Under the pieces are notes generated by a model that was not told where the DNA came from, ran no database searches, and saw only the letters and a program-made list of their open reading frames with translations. The position numbers were made by a program, and so were the translations under genes. This document shows, one piece after another, positions 45,875 to 55,550 of a DNA stretch of 64,000 nt; position 1 is the first letter of the stretch, and each line of letters starts with the position of its first letter. Origin of the DNA: a virus (Duplodnaviria > Heunggongvirae > Uroviricota > Caudoviricetes); IMG/VR virus record IMGVR_UViG_3300027747_001395. The stretch is one strand, 5' to 3'.

Positions 45875-46108
45875 ATGGCTAAGGCAATCGAATCTTTCAC
45901 TGGCATCGACTCTTACTGTCGCTCGGTTGAAGTTGCTATCCGTGAGGATGGTCAGTGGTTCTCTCGGACTTATGGCTATAACGGCTATGGTAATTGCTGG
46001 GGTAAATGGAAGAAAGACGAAGAACTTCCTCGGACCGAAAATGGTGTCGAGTGGGGTTTTAAGACTCTTCAGCCCATCAGCCCTAAGGGTCTTCGTCTTC
46101 CTAACTAA
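45875..46108 (+). CDS. Early hypothetical protein
   Basis: GAGGAG RBS. Confidence 0.7.
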   Translation: MAKAIESFTGIDSYCRSVEVAIREDGQWFSRTYGYNGYGNCWGKWKKDEELPRTENGVEWGFKTLQPISPKGLRLPN

Positions 46109-46122
46109 GATTGGAAATTAAA

Positions 46123-46332
46123 ATGACTATGCTCGTGCTCTATCCATCAAAAAAGGTTCTCAAGGAAAATATTGGCAAAGTTCTCAAGTATCAAGAGACC
46201 TCGATGTTCGGCCCTGAATACAAAAATAATGGTACTCTGACTGTTGCAAATCGCCCATCCATGACTGGCATGGGTCGGGAGTTCTTTGCTCAAGTCACCA
46301 TGGAAAACGGACTAATCTCAAAGGTAACTTGA
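46123..46332 (+). CDS. Hypothetical protein
   Basis: YPSKKVLKENIG..L.YQETSMFGPEY..REFFAQVTM. Confidence 0.65.
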   Translation: MTMLVLYPSKKVLKENIGKVLKYQETSMFGPEYKNNGTLTVANRPSMTGMGREFFAQVTMENGLISKVT

Positions 46333-46346
46333 TAATTAAGAAACGG

Positions 46347-46399
46347 TTGACATTTTTGTCGGTCCGTGGTAGACTCAACTATCAACTGAGGAGATAATC
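46347..46399 (+). promoter_or_regulatory. Early promoter cassette
   Basis: TTGACATTTTTGTCGGTCCGTGGTAGACT. Confidence 0.9.
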
Positions 46400-46615
46400 A
46401 TGGTTATTCGTACTAAGCAACATCGTATGCCGGTCATTGATCTTACTGGTCCGGGTGGTAATGCATTTGCTCTTATGGGTCACGCTCAAACCCTCGCTAA
46501 GCAGACTGGTGACGATGCTACCACGATCATCAATGAGATGATGGAAGGTGACTACGAAAATCTTGTTCAGGTCTTTGATAAGTACTTCGGTGATTATGTA
46601 ATTTTGGAAAGGTAA
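46400..46615 (+). CDS. Small conserved-type phage protein
   Basis: IDLTGPGGNAFALMG...EMMEGDYENLV. Confidence 0.7.
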   Translation: MVIRTKQHRMPVIDLTGPGGNAFALMGHAQTLAKQTGDDATTIINEMMEGDYENLVQVFDKYFGDYVILER

Positions 46616-46619
46616 TAAA

Positions 46620-46718
46620 ATGTTTGAAATTGGCCCAAATCTCAAAGAATTGCTTGAAACCATTGCCATTGTTGGTACTATGATCGGATTTATGGTTTGT
46701 CTAGTTAGAAGTTTGTGA
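46620..46718 (+). CDS. 32-aa membrane peptide
   Basis: Manually read; GTGA overlap with next gene. Confidence 0.45.
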   Translation: MFEIGPNLKELLETIAIVGTMIGFMVCLVRSL

Positions 46719-47119
46719 AACTTACTCGAGCTTGGAATATACTAGAACGAGTCGCACTTGCGAATGAACCTGTTTCTAGGTCGCGCATTGCGGCTCTTCT
46801 TGTGCATCGAAATGAGATTGTAGCAGTCGGCTACAATAAAATGAAATCGCATCCAATGGCCAAGCGATTTCAGAAGCACGAGGAAGCACTTTACCTACAC
46901 GCCGAAATCGACTGCATTAAAAATGCACTTCGAGTGGTTGATGTAGACTATCTTCAAAAGTGTGTCATGTATGTCCTGCGGGTCAAGTGTGACGAGGCCG
47001 ATCATAAAAAGATTATCCGCGGTATGGCCAAACCATGCTGCGGCTGTGCTATGGCTATTGAGACATTCGGTATTAAACGAGTTTATTTTACCACTAACGA
47101 AGGCTATGATATACTGTGA
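46715..47119 (+). CDS. Zn-dependent cytidine/deoxycytidylate deaminase-fold protein
   Basis: HAEIDC and PCCGC motifs. Confidence 0.8.
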   Translation: MKLTRAWNILERVALANEPVSRSRIAALLVHRNEIVAVGYNKMKSHPMAKRFQKHEEALYLHAEIDCIKNALRVVDVDYLQKCVMYVLRVKCDEADHKKIIRGMAKPCCGCAMAIETFGIKRVYFTTNEGYDIL

Positions 47120-47664
47120 ATATTTTCTATGTGGACCAGTCACCAGTTAAAGCGGCGCAAGCTCTAGTAGATAAACATGTTGTAAAAATGCTGGTAGAAA
47201 GCGCACAGCTTTTATCAACGGCGCATCGAGTTATTGACGGACAAGAAGTAAGACTTAAAGTCGAGAAGAATGGTAAGATCCGGAACAAAAAAGTCTGGGT
47301 TCTAAATGATGCTCGAAACGAGATTCTATATAATGCTACGCATCGCAATCATCCATCTGCCATCTGGGTTCGTCAGTCAGTAGAAAATTACAATTGGCTT
47401 GTAGAACATCTATTTGCGCTCTCAGATGAGTATACATATAGGTATGACAAGAAACATAAGACAATTACTCGTCTTGGTTTTGAGATTCAATCTCCACCGT
47501 ATGGCTTACAAAGTTGGGATTGGACTCCAATGCCTAGCTGTATGGATGACGAGTATAAAATATCAGATGATCCAGTTTTAAATTATCGAGAGTATTACCG
47601 CAGAGGTAAAGATCATTTACATAAATGGAAACGGCGAGAACCACCGAATTGGATTGATATATAA
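47116..47664 (+). CDS. denV: Pyrimidine-dimer DNA glycosylase/endonuclease V-like
   Basis: MNIFY......A....DKHVVKM..ESAQLLSTAH; HRNHPS.IWVR; YREYY. Confidence 0.72.
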   Translation: MNIFYVDQSPVKAAQALVDKHVVKMLVESAQLLSTAHRVIDGQEVRLKVEKNGKIRNKKVWVLNDARNEILYNATHRNHPSAIWVRQSVENYNWLVEHLFALSDEYTYRYDKKHKTITRLGFEIQSPPYGLQSWDWTPMPSCMDDEYKISDDPVLNYREYYRRGKDHLHKWKRREPPNWIDI

Positions 47665-47684
47665 AACATAATAATGGAGTTGAT

Positions 47685-48500
47685 ATGAAGAATTTGATTA
47701 TTGGTGGATATACTAATTATCAGTATGATCTGATTAAACCTTGGGTAAAATCAATTGCTGAGGTTTGTAATCCGGAAACAACAGACAAGGTCATGGTTGT
47801 TGGAAATACCACACAAGAAGCAATTGATGCATTAACATCTGATGGATGGATTCTGGTTCCTATGGCTCAGGGTCAGCCGCACGTTGTGCGGTTTTTTAGC
47901 ATCTTTGACTATCTCAAGGACAATTGGAAAAAGTATAAGTATGTAGTCACTACAGATGTTCGTGATGTAATTTTTCAGAAAGATCCATTCGAGTATCTTG
48001 AACAAACCTTAACAGACCGAAAGCAGTTAATTTGTGGGTCGGAATCTATTTGTTATGAGCACGAGCCTTGGGGTAATGAAAACCTTCAGCAGTGCTATGG
48101 TGATTACATTCACAGTCTATATAAGCATGAGGAAATCTTTAATGTTGGTGTTCTTGGCGGTACCTCTGAATATGTCAAAGATCTAGTCTTAAATATTGCA
48201 TTGAACTCGATCAATAGACCTATTCCTATTGTTGATCAAGCTGTATTTAATATGCTGATAAATACTCAGCCATACAAGGATACAACATTCTTTGCAAGAC
48301 AACTTGATGGTTGGGCATGTCAAGCCGGAACTGTTGCTAACCCTAAGCACATCGACGAATTTAGACCATATTTAACTGAACCGGAACCTGTTTGGAAAGA
48401 TGGAAAGGTTTATACGGCAAATGGTGATCTTTTCACTATCGTGCATCAATATGATCGTGTTCCCGAATGGAATGAAACTATTAATAAAAGGTATCTATAA
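47685..48500 (+). CDS. Glycosyltransferase-like protein (GT-A)
   Basis: VTTDVRDVIFQ.DPF, FNVGVLGG, DQAVFN, IVHQYDR. Confidence 0.7.
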   Translation: MKNLIIGGYTNYQYDLIKPWVKSIAEVCNPETTDKVMVVGNTTQEAIDALTSDGWILVPMAQGQPHVVRFFSIFDYLKDNWKKYKYVVTTDVRDVIFQKDPFEYLEQTLTDRKQLICGSESICYEHEPWGNENLQQCYGDYIHSLYKHEEIFNVGVLGGTSEYVKDLVLNIALNSINRPIPIVDQAVFNMLINTQPYKDTTFFARQLDGWACQAGTVANPKHIDEFRPYLTEPEPVWKDGKVYTANGDLFTIVHQYDRVPEWNETINKRYL

Positions 48501-49012
48501 TGGAATGTTCAGGTTTTGGATTATTAGAACTTATTACGGATCTTCAAGATCCTATTGGTGTGGAAATTGGTTCGGATGTAGGAGACACTACAGAGTTTCT
48601 TTTATCAAACCACACCTCGCTTAGATTAACATCAATTGATCCTTATATTGATTATATTGATTGGAACGGTAATAATCTTATAGGTAGAGATTCTACATAT
48701 AATGCATTTATCAATAGAATAGAAAAATTTGGATCTAGATTTAATCAAATACGAATGTTTTCTGATGATGCTTCTGATTTAATTGAAGATGAATCATTAG
48801 ATTTTATTTTTATTGATGGTCTTCATACATATGATCAATTAATCAAAGATTGTAATAATTACTATTCAAAAGTAAAAAGCGGCGGCATATTTTCTGGCCA
48901 TGATTATCATGCTATTTCTGAGGTTGCTAAAGCAGTAGATGAATTTTCGCTTAAAGTAAATGCTCAAATTTCACACGTCAAGTATGATGTATGGTATTGG
49001 GTGAAGCCATGA
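48500..49012 (+). CDS. Class I SAM-dependent methyltransferase (Methyltransf_24-like)
   Basis: GVEIGS..G, SIDPY, LDFIFIDGLHTY, GGIFSGHDY. Confidence 0.85.
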   Translation: MECSGFGLLELITDLQDPIGVEIGSDVGDTTEFLLSNHTSLRLTSIDPYIDYIDWNGNNLIGRDSTYNAFINRIEKFGSRFNQIRMFSDDASDLIEDESLDFIFIDGLHTYDQLIKDCNNYYSKVKSGGIFSGHDYHAISEVAKAVDEFSLKVNAQISHVKYDVWYWVKP

Positions 49013-49701
49013 AAGTTGCTTTAATACTTTCAGGTCATATGAGAGGATATAAACATACTTTTAATGATTTTAATAAGCATCTTTTAAGTAAGTATGATGT
49101 CGATACATATATCTCGACTTGGGATATTTATGGTTGGTGGTCGGCTTCGAGCAATCTTGATAAGTCTCTTGATATGATTGATATTGATGAAGTTAGAAAT
49201 TATTATAATCCAATTGCATTAAATGTTGAAACATATCACAACTTCGATGAACGGTTTTCCAATGAAGCTAAAACACCACTTTATCATAATGCTTTAAAGA
49301 ATCAAGAAATCAGAATACAAAATACACTAAGTATGTATTATAAAATACAAGATTCAATTAAACTCTTTAAAAATACAAATAAAGACTACGATATAGTGAT
49401 TCGAACAAGACCAGATTTGGTAATGGATCGTGATTATGTTTCAATTAGTCAATCTGTAAAAATTGATGGTGGGTATGGCTTTGGTGGTAGGGGAATAGGA
49501 GACCTATTCTATATGGGAATGCCTATTCAGATTGAAGCTCTTTCTGATGTATATGATAGCATCCCTAACATTATTAAAGAAACTCAATATTTTTGCCCGC
49601 ATGTAATATTGGAACAACACCTTAAAAATAAACAGATAGCTTATGAAAGAATCAATACTTTCAATATTTTTAATGGTAAATCCGGGCAATGGAGTAATTA
49701 A
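49009..49701 (+). CDS. Putative glycosyl/phosphoglycosyl transferase, paralogue 1
   Basis: KVALILSGHMR, YDIVIRTRPD. Confidence 0.6.
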   Translation: MKVALILSGHMRGYKHTFNDFNKHLLSKYDVDTYISTWDIYGWWSASSNLDKSLDMIDIDEVRNYYNPIALNVETYHNFDERFSNEAKTPLYHNALKNQEIRIQNTLSMYYKIQDSIKLFKNTNKDYDIVIRTRPDLVMDRDYVSISQSVKIDGGYGFGGRGIGDLFYMGMPIQIEALSDVYDSIPNIIKETQYFCPHVILEQHLKNKQIAYERINTFNIFNGKSGQWSN

Positions 49702-50399
49702 TGAAACTTGCAATTTGTATATCTGGTCATTTTAGAGATTATGAAACCAAAATTCAAACTCTTTTTGACAACGTATTGATCAATCACGATTATGATATTT
49801 TTGTTCATTCGTGGGATAATCACGGATTTTCATATCAAGGTGTGTGCAGAGATCTTTATCTTAAAGATGGTTTCAAAAAAGATTCACCAGAATTAAATAT
49901 TGAAGCTGTACTTGAAAAACTAAAACCTAAGAAATATATATTTGAAACATACTCTGATGTTGAAAATCAAATTAAAGAAGAAGCTTCATATTTTACAAGA
50001 ATAAACCCTTGGGAAAATCCGGAAGTTACATTATCACTACAACGTAAAATCTATCTTTGTGATAGATTGAGATATGATTTTGAAATTGAGACTAATACTA
50101 AATATGATGCTGTTATAAGAACAAGACCAGATCTTCTTTTTACTCGCAGAATTAATATACAAGATTATGATTTAAATTATATTAGTATGCCAGAAGAAGA
50201 ATCTTATACTACAGCTTCTGATACATTTGCTTTTGCTAACCCTAAACTTATGACTCAATATAGTTCTCTGTATTGCAATATGAAAGAAATCTATCATAAT
50301 ACAACCAGGACCTTTAATCCTCATTGTATGCTATATGAACATTTAAATCAGAATAAGCTAAATTATAAATTATTGCCGATGGGAATAGTAATACGATGA
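49701..50399 (+). CDS. Putative glycosyl/phosphoglycosyl transferase, paralogue 2
   Basis: KLAICISGHFR, YDAVIRTRPD. Confidence 0.6.
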   Translation: MKLAICISGHFRDYETKIQTLFDNVLINHDYDIFVHSWDNHGFSYQGVCRDLYLKDGFKKDSPELNIEAVLEKLKPKKYIFETYSDVENQIKEEASYFTRINPWENPEVTLSLQRKIYLCDRLRYDFEIETNTKYDAVIRTRPDLLFTRRINIQDYDLNYISMPEEESYTTASDTFAFANPKLMTQYSSLYCNMKEIYHNTTRTFNPHCMLYEHLNQNKLNYKLLPMGIVIR

Positions 50400-51097
50400 A
50401 AATTGCACTTTGTTTATCTGGTCAACCTAGAGCATTTGATAAGGGCTATCAATTCTATAAACAAAATTTATTTGATCATTATGATGTCGATACATATATT
50501 CATACTTGGACCAATTTAGATTCACATCTAAAAGATTCACTTGAAGACTTATATAAGCCAAAATTAATTAAATATGAAGATGAACCGATAATAGATTTCA
50601 GTAAATATACTAGAACTCCTAATATAATTAGACATCCACCGAAAGCAACATATTGTGCATTCTATTCCATATATCAATCTTCGTTATTGATGAATTCAAC
50701 ACAGATTCATTATGATTGGGTACTTAAGTCAAGAACTGATTATGCTTTAAATGTAGTAATCCCATTTGAAGAATTAGATTCAACAAAACTTCATATACCT
50801 GACTGCCGAATGGTTCCAGAAAGAGATTTTGGTAATGATCAATTTGCATTTAGTTCAAAACAAAATATGATGAGATACATGTCTACATTTGAAAATATAG
50901 ACAAATATTACGATAATGGTGCGGTTTTTATCGGAGAGAATCTCATGCAAGCTAATATCCGTGAGCATAATCTTTATGGCGAAAATCTAGTATATTGTGG
51001 AATGAATAATCCGTTCCCACCAGGAATATATAATGGAAGTTGGCATTCATTAATACGAGATGATTATGAGTTATGGCAGAAGAAATTAAAAGACTGA
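50396..51097 (+). CDS. Putative glycosyl/phosphoglycosyl transferase, paralogue 3
   Basis: KIALCLSGQPR, YDWVLKSRTD. Confidence 0.6.
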   Translation: MKIALCLSGQPRAFDKGYQFYKQNLFDHYDVDTYIHTWTNLDSHLKDSLEDLYKPKLIKYEDEPIIDFSKYTRTPNIIRHPPKATYCAFYSIYQSSLLMNSTQIHYDWVLKSRTDYALNVVIPFEELDSTKLHIPDCRMVPERDFGNDQFAFSSKQNMMRYMSTFENIDKYYDNGAVFIGENLMQANIREHNLYGENLVYCGMNNPFPPGIYNGSWHSLIRDDYELWQKKLKD

Positions 51098-51819
51098 ATG
51101 GACATTCTGGTAGTACAGTAAGTTTAATGAAAGATTCTTCCGGACTCTTTATAAGAAAAACTAACAATGTATCTAGAAATTATGAAAGAATATCGACCCT
51201 CAACAGTTTAGGATATAGTTTACCTAAACTATTGAAATATTCGGATAATATTTTAGATATGGAATACATCCAAGGATTGGATATGAAAACATATTTGATT
51301 CATAATAACACGGATAATCTTAGCAAGTTTATTCTTTCTGTGCTTAATAGTTTTTCTAAAAATTCAACAACCAAGGATTACTCCGATATTTATGAAGCAA
51401 AATTGAATGTAGTGAAGTTTAAAGACCTTCCATTTTCTAAAAATGATTTATTAGACAAATTGCCAGTTAATTTACCATCATCGACTTATCACGGTGATTT
51501 TACCTTAGAAAATTTATTATATTCAAATTCAAATTTCTATATGATTGACGCCGTGACAATCGAGTATGATTCATATATCTTTGATATTGCTAAATTAAGA
51601 CAAGATTTATCATGTGGGTGGTTTTTAAGACATACAAATGAACACATAGAAACCAAACTGATAAATTTGGAAAGTTCAATTTTAGATCAATTTCCTGAAG
51701 CCAGAAATAATGCACTATTAATTCTAATGTTACTCAGAGTATTTAATAATTGCATTGAAGGAGATTTTAACTATAAGTTTTTGTTGAAACATATAAACAG
51801 ACTTTGGACTTTTTTGTAA
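51073..51819 (+). CDS. APH/choline-kinase-like phosphotransferase
   Basis: GHSGS loop, YHGDFTLENLL, MID, DIAKL. Confidence 0.8.
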   Translation: MAEEIKRLNGHSGSTVSLMKDSSGLFIRKTNNVSRNYERISTLNSLGYSLPKLLKYSDNILDMEYIQGLDMKTYLIHNNTDNLSKFILSVLNSFSKNSTTKDYSDIYEAKLNVVKFKDLPFSKNDLLDKLPVNLPSSTYHGDFTLENLLYSNSNFYMIDAVTIEYDSYIFDIAKLRQDLSCGWFLRHTNEHIETKLINLESSILDQFPEARNNALLILMLLRVFNNCIEGDFNYKFLLKHINRLWTFL

Positions 51820-52565
51820 TGTATAACATAATATTCTTATTACCGCATCATGAAAATAAAGAAAGTCTTGAAGATACCATTTCTAATCTGTTTAAATTTA
51901 ATTCAAATATTTGCGTCTATATTAATAATGGTTCCAATGAAAACCTGGATGATTTAAATAGTGATAGAGTTTGTATAATAGACAGAAAGGTTCAATATAA
52001 AAAATTTGATACTATGATTCCATTACATATAGAATTATACGATCAAATTAAAAAAGATAATGTACATTCTGAATATGTCTGTTTATTAGCAACAAATCAA
52101 CTTTTTGTTAAATCTAATCTATATGAGCTAATGCGTAATTATGATGCTTCTTTCTTTGAACGTGAGATAGATTCAGGGTGTATATCAAGTTTATGTAATA
52201 ATCAAATATTCAGGATTTATTACGATAAACTCAATAACAATTTCAAATATCAATCCAATCCAGATGGTATGTTTTTTAAATATTCTATATTTACTGAAAT
52301 GATCGAATATTTTGATAAATTTAGAGACACACAGGTTGAATATCACGCAGATGAATTTCTATACGTTGCATATCTTTTATTCAAAAATTATTCTTTATTA
52401 GAATTTAAAAATTACAACTATTGGCAAGTTGATTGGAGAGTGAATCTAAACCCTGTGGATTTAAATGAGATAAAATCTATAGTGAAGAATGATAAATTTT
52501 ATATAGTTAAACGGATAGCAAGAAATATTAATGATGAGGCTAGAAAATATGTCAAAAATTTATAA
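51804..52565 (+). CDS. Hypothetical protein, glycosyltransferase-like
   Basis: Operon context; IVKRIARN C-terminus; weak motifs. Confidence 0.45.
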   Translation: MDFFVMYNIIFLLPHHENKESLEDTISNLFKFNSNICVYINNGSNENLDDLNSDRVCIIDRKVQYKKFDTMIPLHIELYDQIKKDNVHSEYVCLLATNQLFVKSNLYELMRNYDASFFEREIDSGCISSLCNNQIFRIYYDKLNNNFKYQSNPDGMFFKYSIFTEMIEYFDKFRDTQVEYHADEFLYVAYLLFKNYSLLEFKNYNYWQVDWRVNLNPVDLNEIKSIVKNDKFYIVKRIARNINDEARKYVKNL

Positions 52566-53595
52566 TATGGAAGTAATTGTTCCAGCTGCTGGGTTGTCAA
52601 CAAGGTTTCCTGGTATGAAACCAAAATATCTGTTATATGATTATAAGCACAATTTGATGATTTCTAACGCTATTAAACCATATTTAGATTTAAAGATCCC
52701 TGTCACTATTGGAATACTTAAAGAACATGATAATGAGTATGATGCCACCATGTTTCTTAAGCATGAATTTGGAGATTCTATAAATATTATAATTTTAGAC
52801 GAGCCAACCAAGGGCCCGGCAGATACTGTTTATCAAATACTTAAAAAAGCAAATATTAGAAATACTCAAATTTTAATTAAAGATTGTGATAGTTTCTTTG
52901 ATCATAATATAATCAAGGGTAATTATGTATGTGTATCAAGAATATCTGACCATTCTGTACTCAAGAAAATTTCTTCTAAAAGTTTTGTAATAGCAAATGA
53001 TCAACATATAATCACAGACATTATAGAAAAGCAAGTAGTGTCGAATACGTTTTGTGTTGGTGGATATTCATTTGAAAACTCTGATAACTATATTGAGGCT
53101 TATGAAGAATTACAAACTCAAAATGAAGTATTTGTTTCGGATGTGATTTCTCGCTGTATATTTAATGGTCATATTTTTTCTGAAAACTTTATAAGAAATT
53201 ACACAGATGTGGGAACTTCATCAGATTGGTTTGAATATAATGACAAGCCTGTAATTTTTTGTGATATTGACGGAACAATTATTGTAAGTCAGACAAGAGT
53301 TGGAAAGAATAATTTTCAATCAGAACCCATAGCACTTCAAAATAATGTAAATAGGCTATTGGAGTTGCAGAATTCAGGTGCTCAATTTATTTTTACGACG
53401 GCTAGACAAATTGGATATGAAAAGGTTACTAGAGAACTACTAAATAAACTAGGGTTTATCAATTATCAACTTATAATGAATCTATTGAATAGTAAGAGAA
53501 TTATTATTAATGACTATAATAAAAGTAATCCATTTCCACGAGCAATAGCAATAAACGTTCCTAGAAATAAAGATGAATTGAGTGATTATCTATGA
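52531..53595 (+). CDS. Sugar-phosphate nucleotidyltransferase fused to HAD phosphatase
   Basis: VPAAGLSTRFP..KPK, KGPADT, DCD; C-terminal FCDIDGT, FTTAR, IIND. Confidence 0.85.
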   Translation: MMRLENMSKIYNMEVIVPAAGLSTRFPGMKPKYLLYDYKHNLMISNAIKPYLDLKIPVTIGILKEHDNEYDATMFLKHEFGDSINIIILDEPTKGPADTVYQILKKANIRNTQILIKDCDSFFDHNIIKGNYVCVSRISDHSVLKKISSKSFVIANDQHIITDIIEKQVVSNTFCVGGYSFENSDNYIEAYEELQTQNEVFVSDVISRCIFNGHIFSENFIRNYTDVGTSSDWFEYNDKPVIFCDIDGTIIVSQTRVGKNNFQSEPIALQNNVNRLLELQNSGAQFIFTTARQIGYEKVTRELLNKLGFINYQLIMNLLNSKRIIINDYNKSNPFPRAIAINVPRNKDELSDYL

Positions 53596-54263
53596 GTAAA
53601 AATTGTTTCATTATAACATCTTCAGTTAAACCTTTAATGGGTTTGATTTCCCACGAACAAAGATATAAACAGACCATAGACTGTTTAACTCAATTGAGAA
53701 TAAAATTGCCAAATGAAATCTTGGTTTTGGCTGATTGTTCGGTTATTCCATTATCAGATAAAGAAAAAATGGAATTAGAATCTAAAGTAGACTTATTCAT
53801 TGATCTTTCTATGTGTGAGAGAACATTTAATTATTCTAAACAAGGTTTAAAAAGTCATGCAGAAAATTCTTTATTATATACTGCAATAACAAAATTGAAA
53901 GAAGAAATATTTTTTAAAGACTGCAAAAGGATCTTTAAATTTTCTTCTAGATCATGGCTTACTGAACATTTCAATTTAAGTGATTATGATAATACTTATG
54001 GTAAGTATGTATTTAAAAAGCGAATACCTACATGGATGTCATCAGCTAACATAACTGATCTTCTTATTACTAGAATGTATTCTTTTTGTTCGTCCTTAAC
54101 TAATGACTATTTGGAAGTAATTGACAATAATATGAAAGTTCTAAATAGTTTAGATACAGAGCACGCACATTTTCTTAATACACCTAAAGACAAATTGATA
54201 GAATTTAATAATATTCATTGTTGGGGTGTTTTGGCAGGGAACGGAAATATAGAACATTATTAG
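53592..54263 (+). CDS. Hypothetical protein, glycosyltransferase-like
   Basis: FIITSSV...RYKQT, RIFKFSSR; operon context. Confidence 0.45.
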   Translation: MSKNCFIITSSVKPLMGLISHEQRYKQTIDCLTQLRIKLPNEILVLADCSVIPLSDKEKMELESKVDLFIDLSMCERTFNYSKQGLKSHAENSLLYTAITKLKEEIFFKDCKRIFKFSSRSWLTEHFNLSDYDNTYGKYVFKKRIPTWMSSANITDLLITRMYSFCSSLTNDYLEVIDNNMKVLNSLDTEHAHFLNTPKDKLIEFNNIHCWGVLAGNGNIEHY

Positions 54264-54266
54264 AAA

Positions 54267-54274
54267 TATAAATA
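54267..54274 (+). promoter_or_regulatory. Late promoter
   Basis: Intergenic TATAAATA. Confidence 0.8.
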
Positions 54275-54300
54275 ATTCTTTTAATAGAGGAATTATTTGA

Positions 54301-55512
54301 GTGGCATCTACAGGGGCTATGGCTTGGAATAAACACTTTAAAGATAAGTGTCCTATTCTTACTACTATAAAAAAAGAAAGTATTGTCTATAATCAAGATA
54401 ATAAACCTGTAGGAAGAGTCAGAGCAAATCAGCCTGTTATTGCACTTGAATCTAAAATATATTTAGAAAAATATCCTGTTCAATTAACAGACAAACGAAT
54501 TGTTTACGTCACTTTTAATAATATACAAAAACCTAAAAGTAAAAGAGTCTCTGGTATTAAATTAAAGCCACAAGACTTTAAAGCATTTCAAAATAAGACA
54601 TTATGGAAATCTAAAGATTTAGCTAAAGCATTAGTTGATGAAATAGAAGAACGTCAAGATCTTGATCCAGCATTAAAAACATACTTAATTGCTATTACAA
54701 AGTATTATGCTAAATTGAATAATACTTCACCACAAGATGTAGATAGTGTTTATTCTTCATCCATGCCTGGTTTGGCTGAAATACAAAAAGATTATGGTGA
54801 AATTCTTGGAGCATTAGCAGCAATAAATTATGGTTTACTTTCTCAGACTGGAATTAGATTAAATGAGTCTAATTTTTTGGAATTTCCTTTAAGAGGCAAT
54901 GAACCTATAGTTGACTATTATATTCATACAGGAAAGAATAAATTGTCAATTTCTGCTAAAAGCGGTTCGACTACAAATACATTAAAACCTGCCGATGTGA
55001 TAACGTTATTAGGTAAAAATAATTCAAAATGGAATACTAAACCTATCTATAAAGTTATGGAATTAGTTCGAGATAAATCTGTAACTGAATTTCCATTTTA
55101 CGCTTTAAATCTAATTAAACCAAATATTATCACAAATAAAGCACTTCAAGAAGTTAGTTCTAAATTTAAAAATGTAAATTTTCAAAGTGATAAGTATCAA
55201 TATCATCTTTTTGATAGTGTTTACAAATATTTAGGATTAAATATCACGAAACCTTTAAAAATTGGTGAATTATTTTATCGGGTAGAAAAATCAATTGTAA
55301 ATAGTTTAAACGAAAAATATTCACCAGATGACATATTTAAAGATGCAATAAATGGTTTGGTCATTTATGTTAAATTTCAAATCTCTTCTCAAAATAAACA
55401 CGGGAAATTTGAGGTGATGACTTCTGATATGATGAAACCAAATAAAAAAATAAAATGGAGATCTAAAAATTATGCAGGAAAGGCTGCAGATAAAGTCGGA
55501 TTCCAAACATGA
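54301..55512 (+). CDS. Late protein with restriction-endonuclease-like PD-(D/E)xK motif
   Basis: DYGEILGA...EPIVDYY...ISAKSG; AT-rich. Confidence 0.5.
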   Translation: MASTGAMAWNKHFKDKCPILTTIKKESIVYNQDNKPVGRVRANQPVIALESKIYLEKYPVQLTDKRIVYVTFNNIQKPKSKRVSGIKLKPQDFKAFQNKTLWKSKDLAKALVDEIEERQDLDPALKTYLIAITKYYAKLNNTSPQDVDSVYSSSMPGLAEIQKDYGEILGALAAINYGLLSQTGIRLNESNFLEFPLRGNEPIVDYYIHTGKNKLSISAKSGSTTNTLKPADVITLLGKNNSKWNTKPIYKVMELVRDKSVTEFPFYALNLIKPNIITNKALQEVSSKFKNVNFQSDKYQYHLFDSVYKYLGLNITKPLKIGELFYRVEKSIVNSLNEKYSPDDIFKDAINGLVIYVKFQISSQNKHGKFEVMTSDMMKPNKKIKWRSKNYAGKAADKVGFQT

Positions 55513-55515
55513 TTG

Positions 55516-55544
55516 TTGACATTTTTTCAAAAATAAATTAGAGT
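55516..55544 (+). promoter_or_regulatory. Early promoter
   Basis: TTGACA-17-TAGAGT. Confidence 0.75.
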
Positions 55545-55550
55545 TCTAAT

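Noticed and set aside
21959-46399. Repeated ~50-bp units as a CRISPR array
   Set aside because: Spacing is irregular (200 bp to several kb), the units separate whole genes and contain -35/-10/RBS elements, and no cas genes are present.
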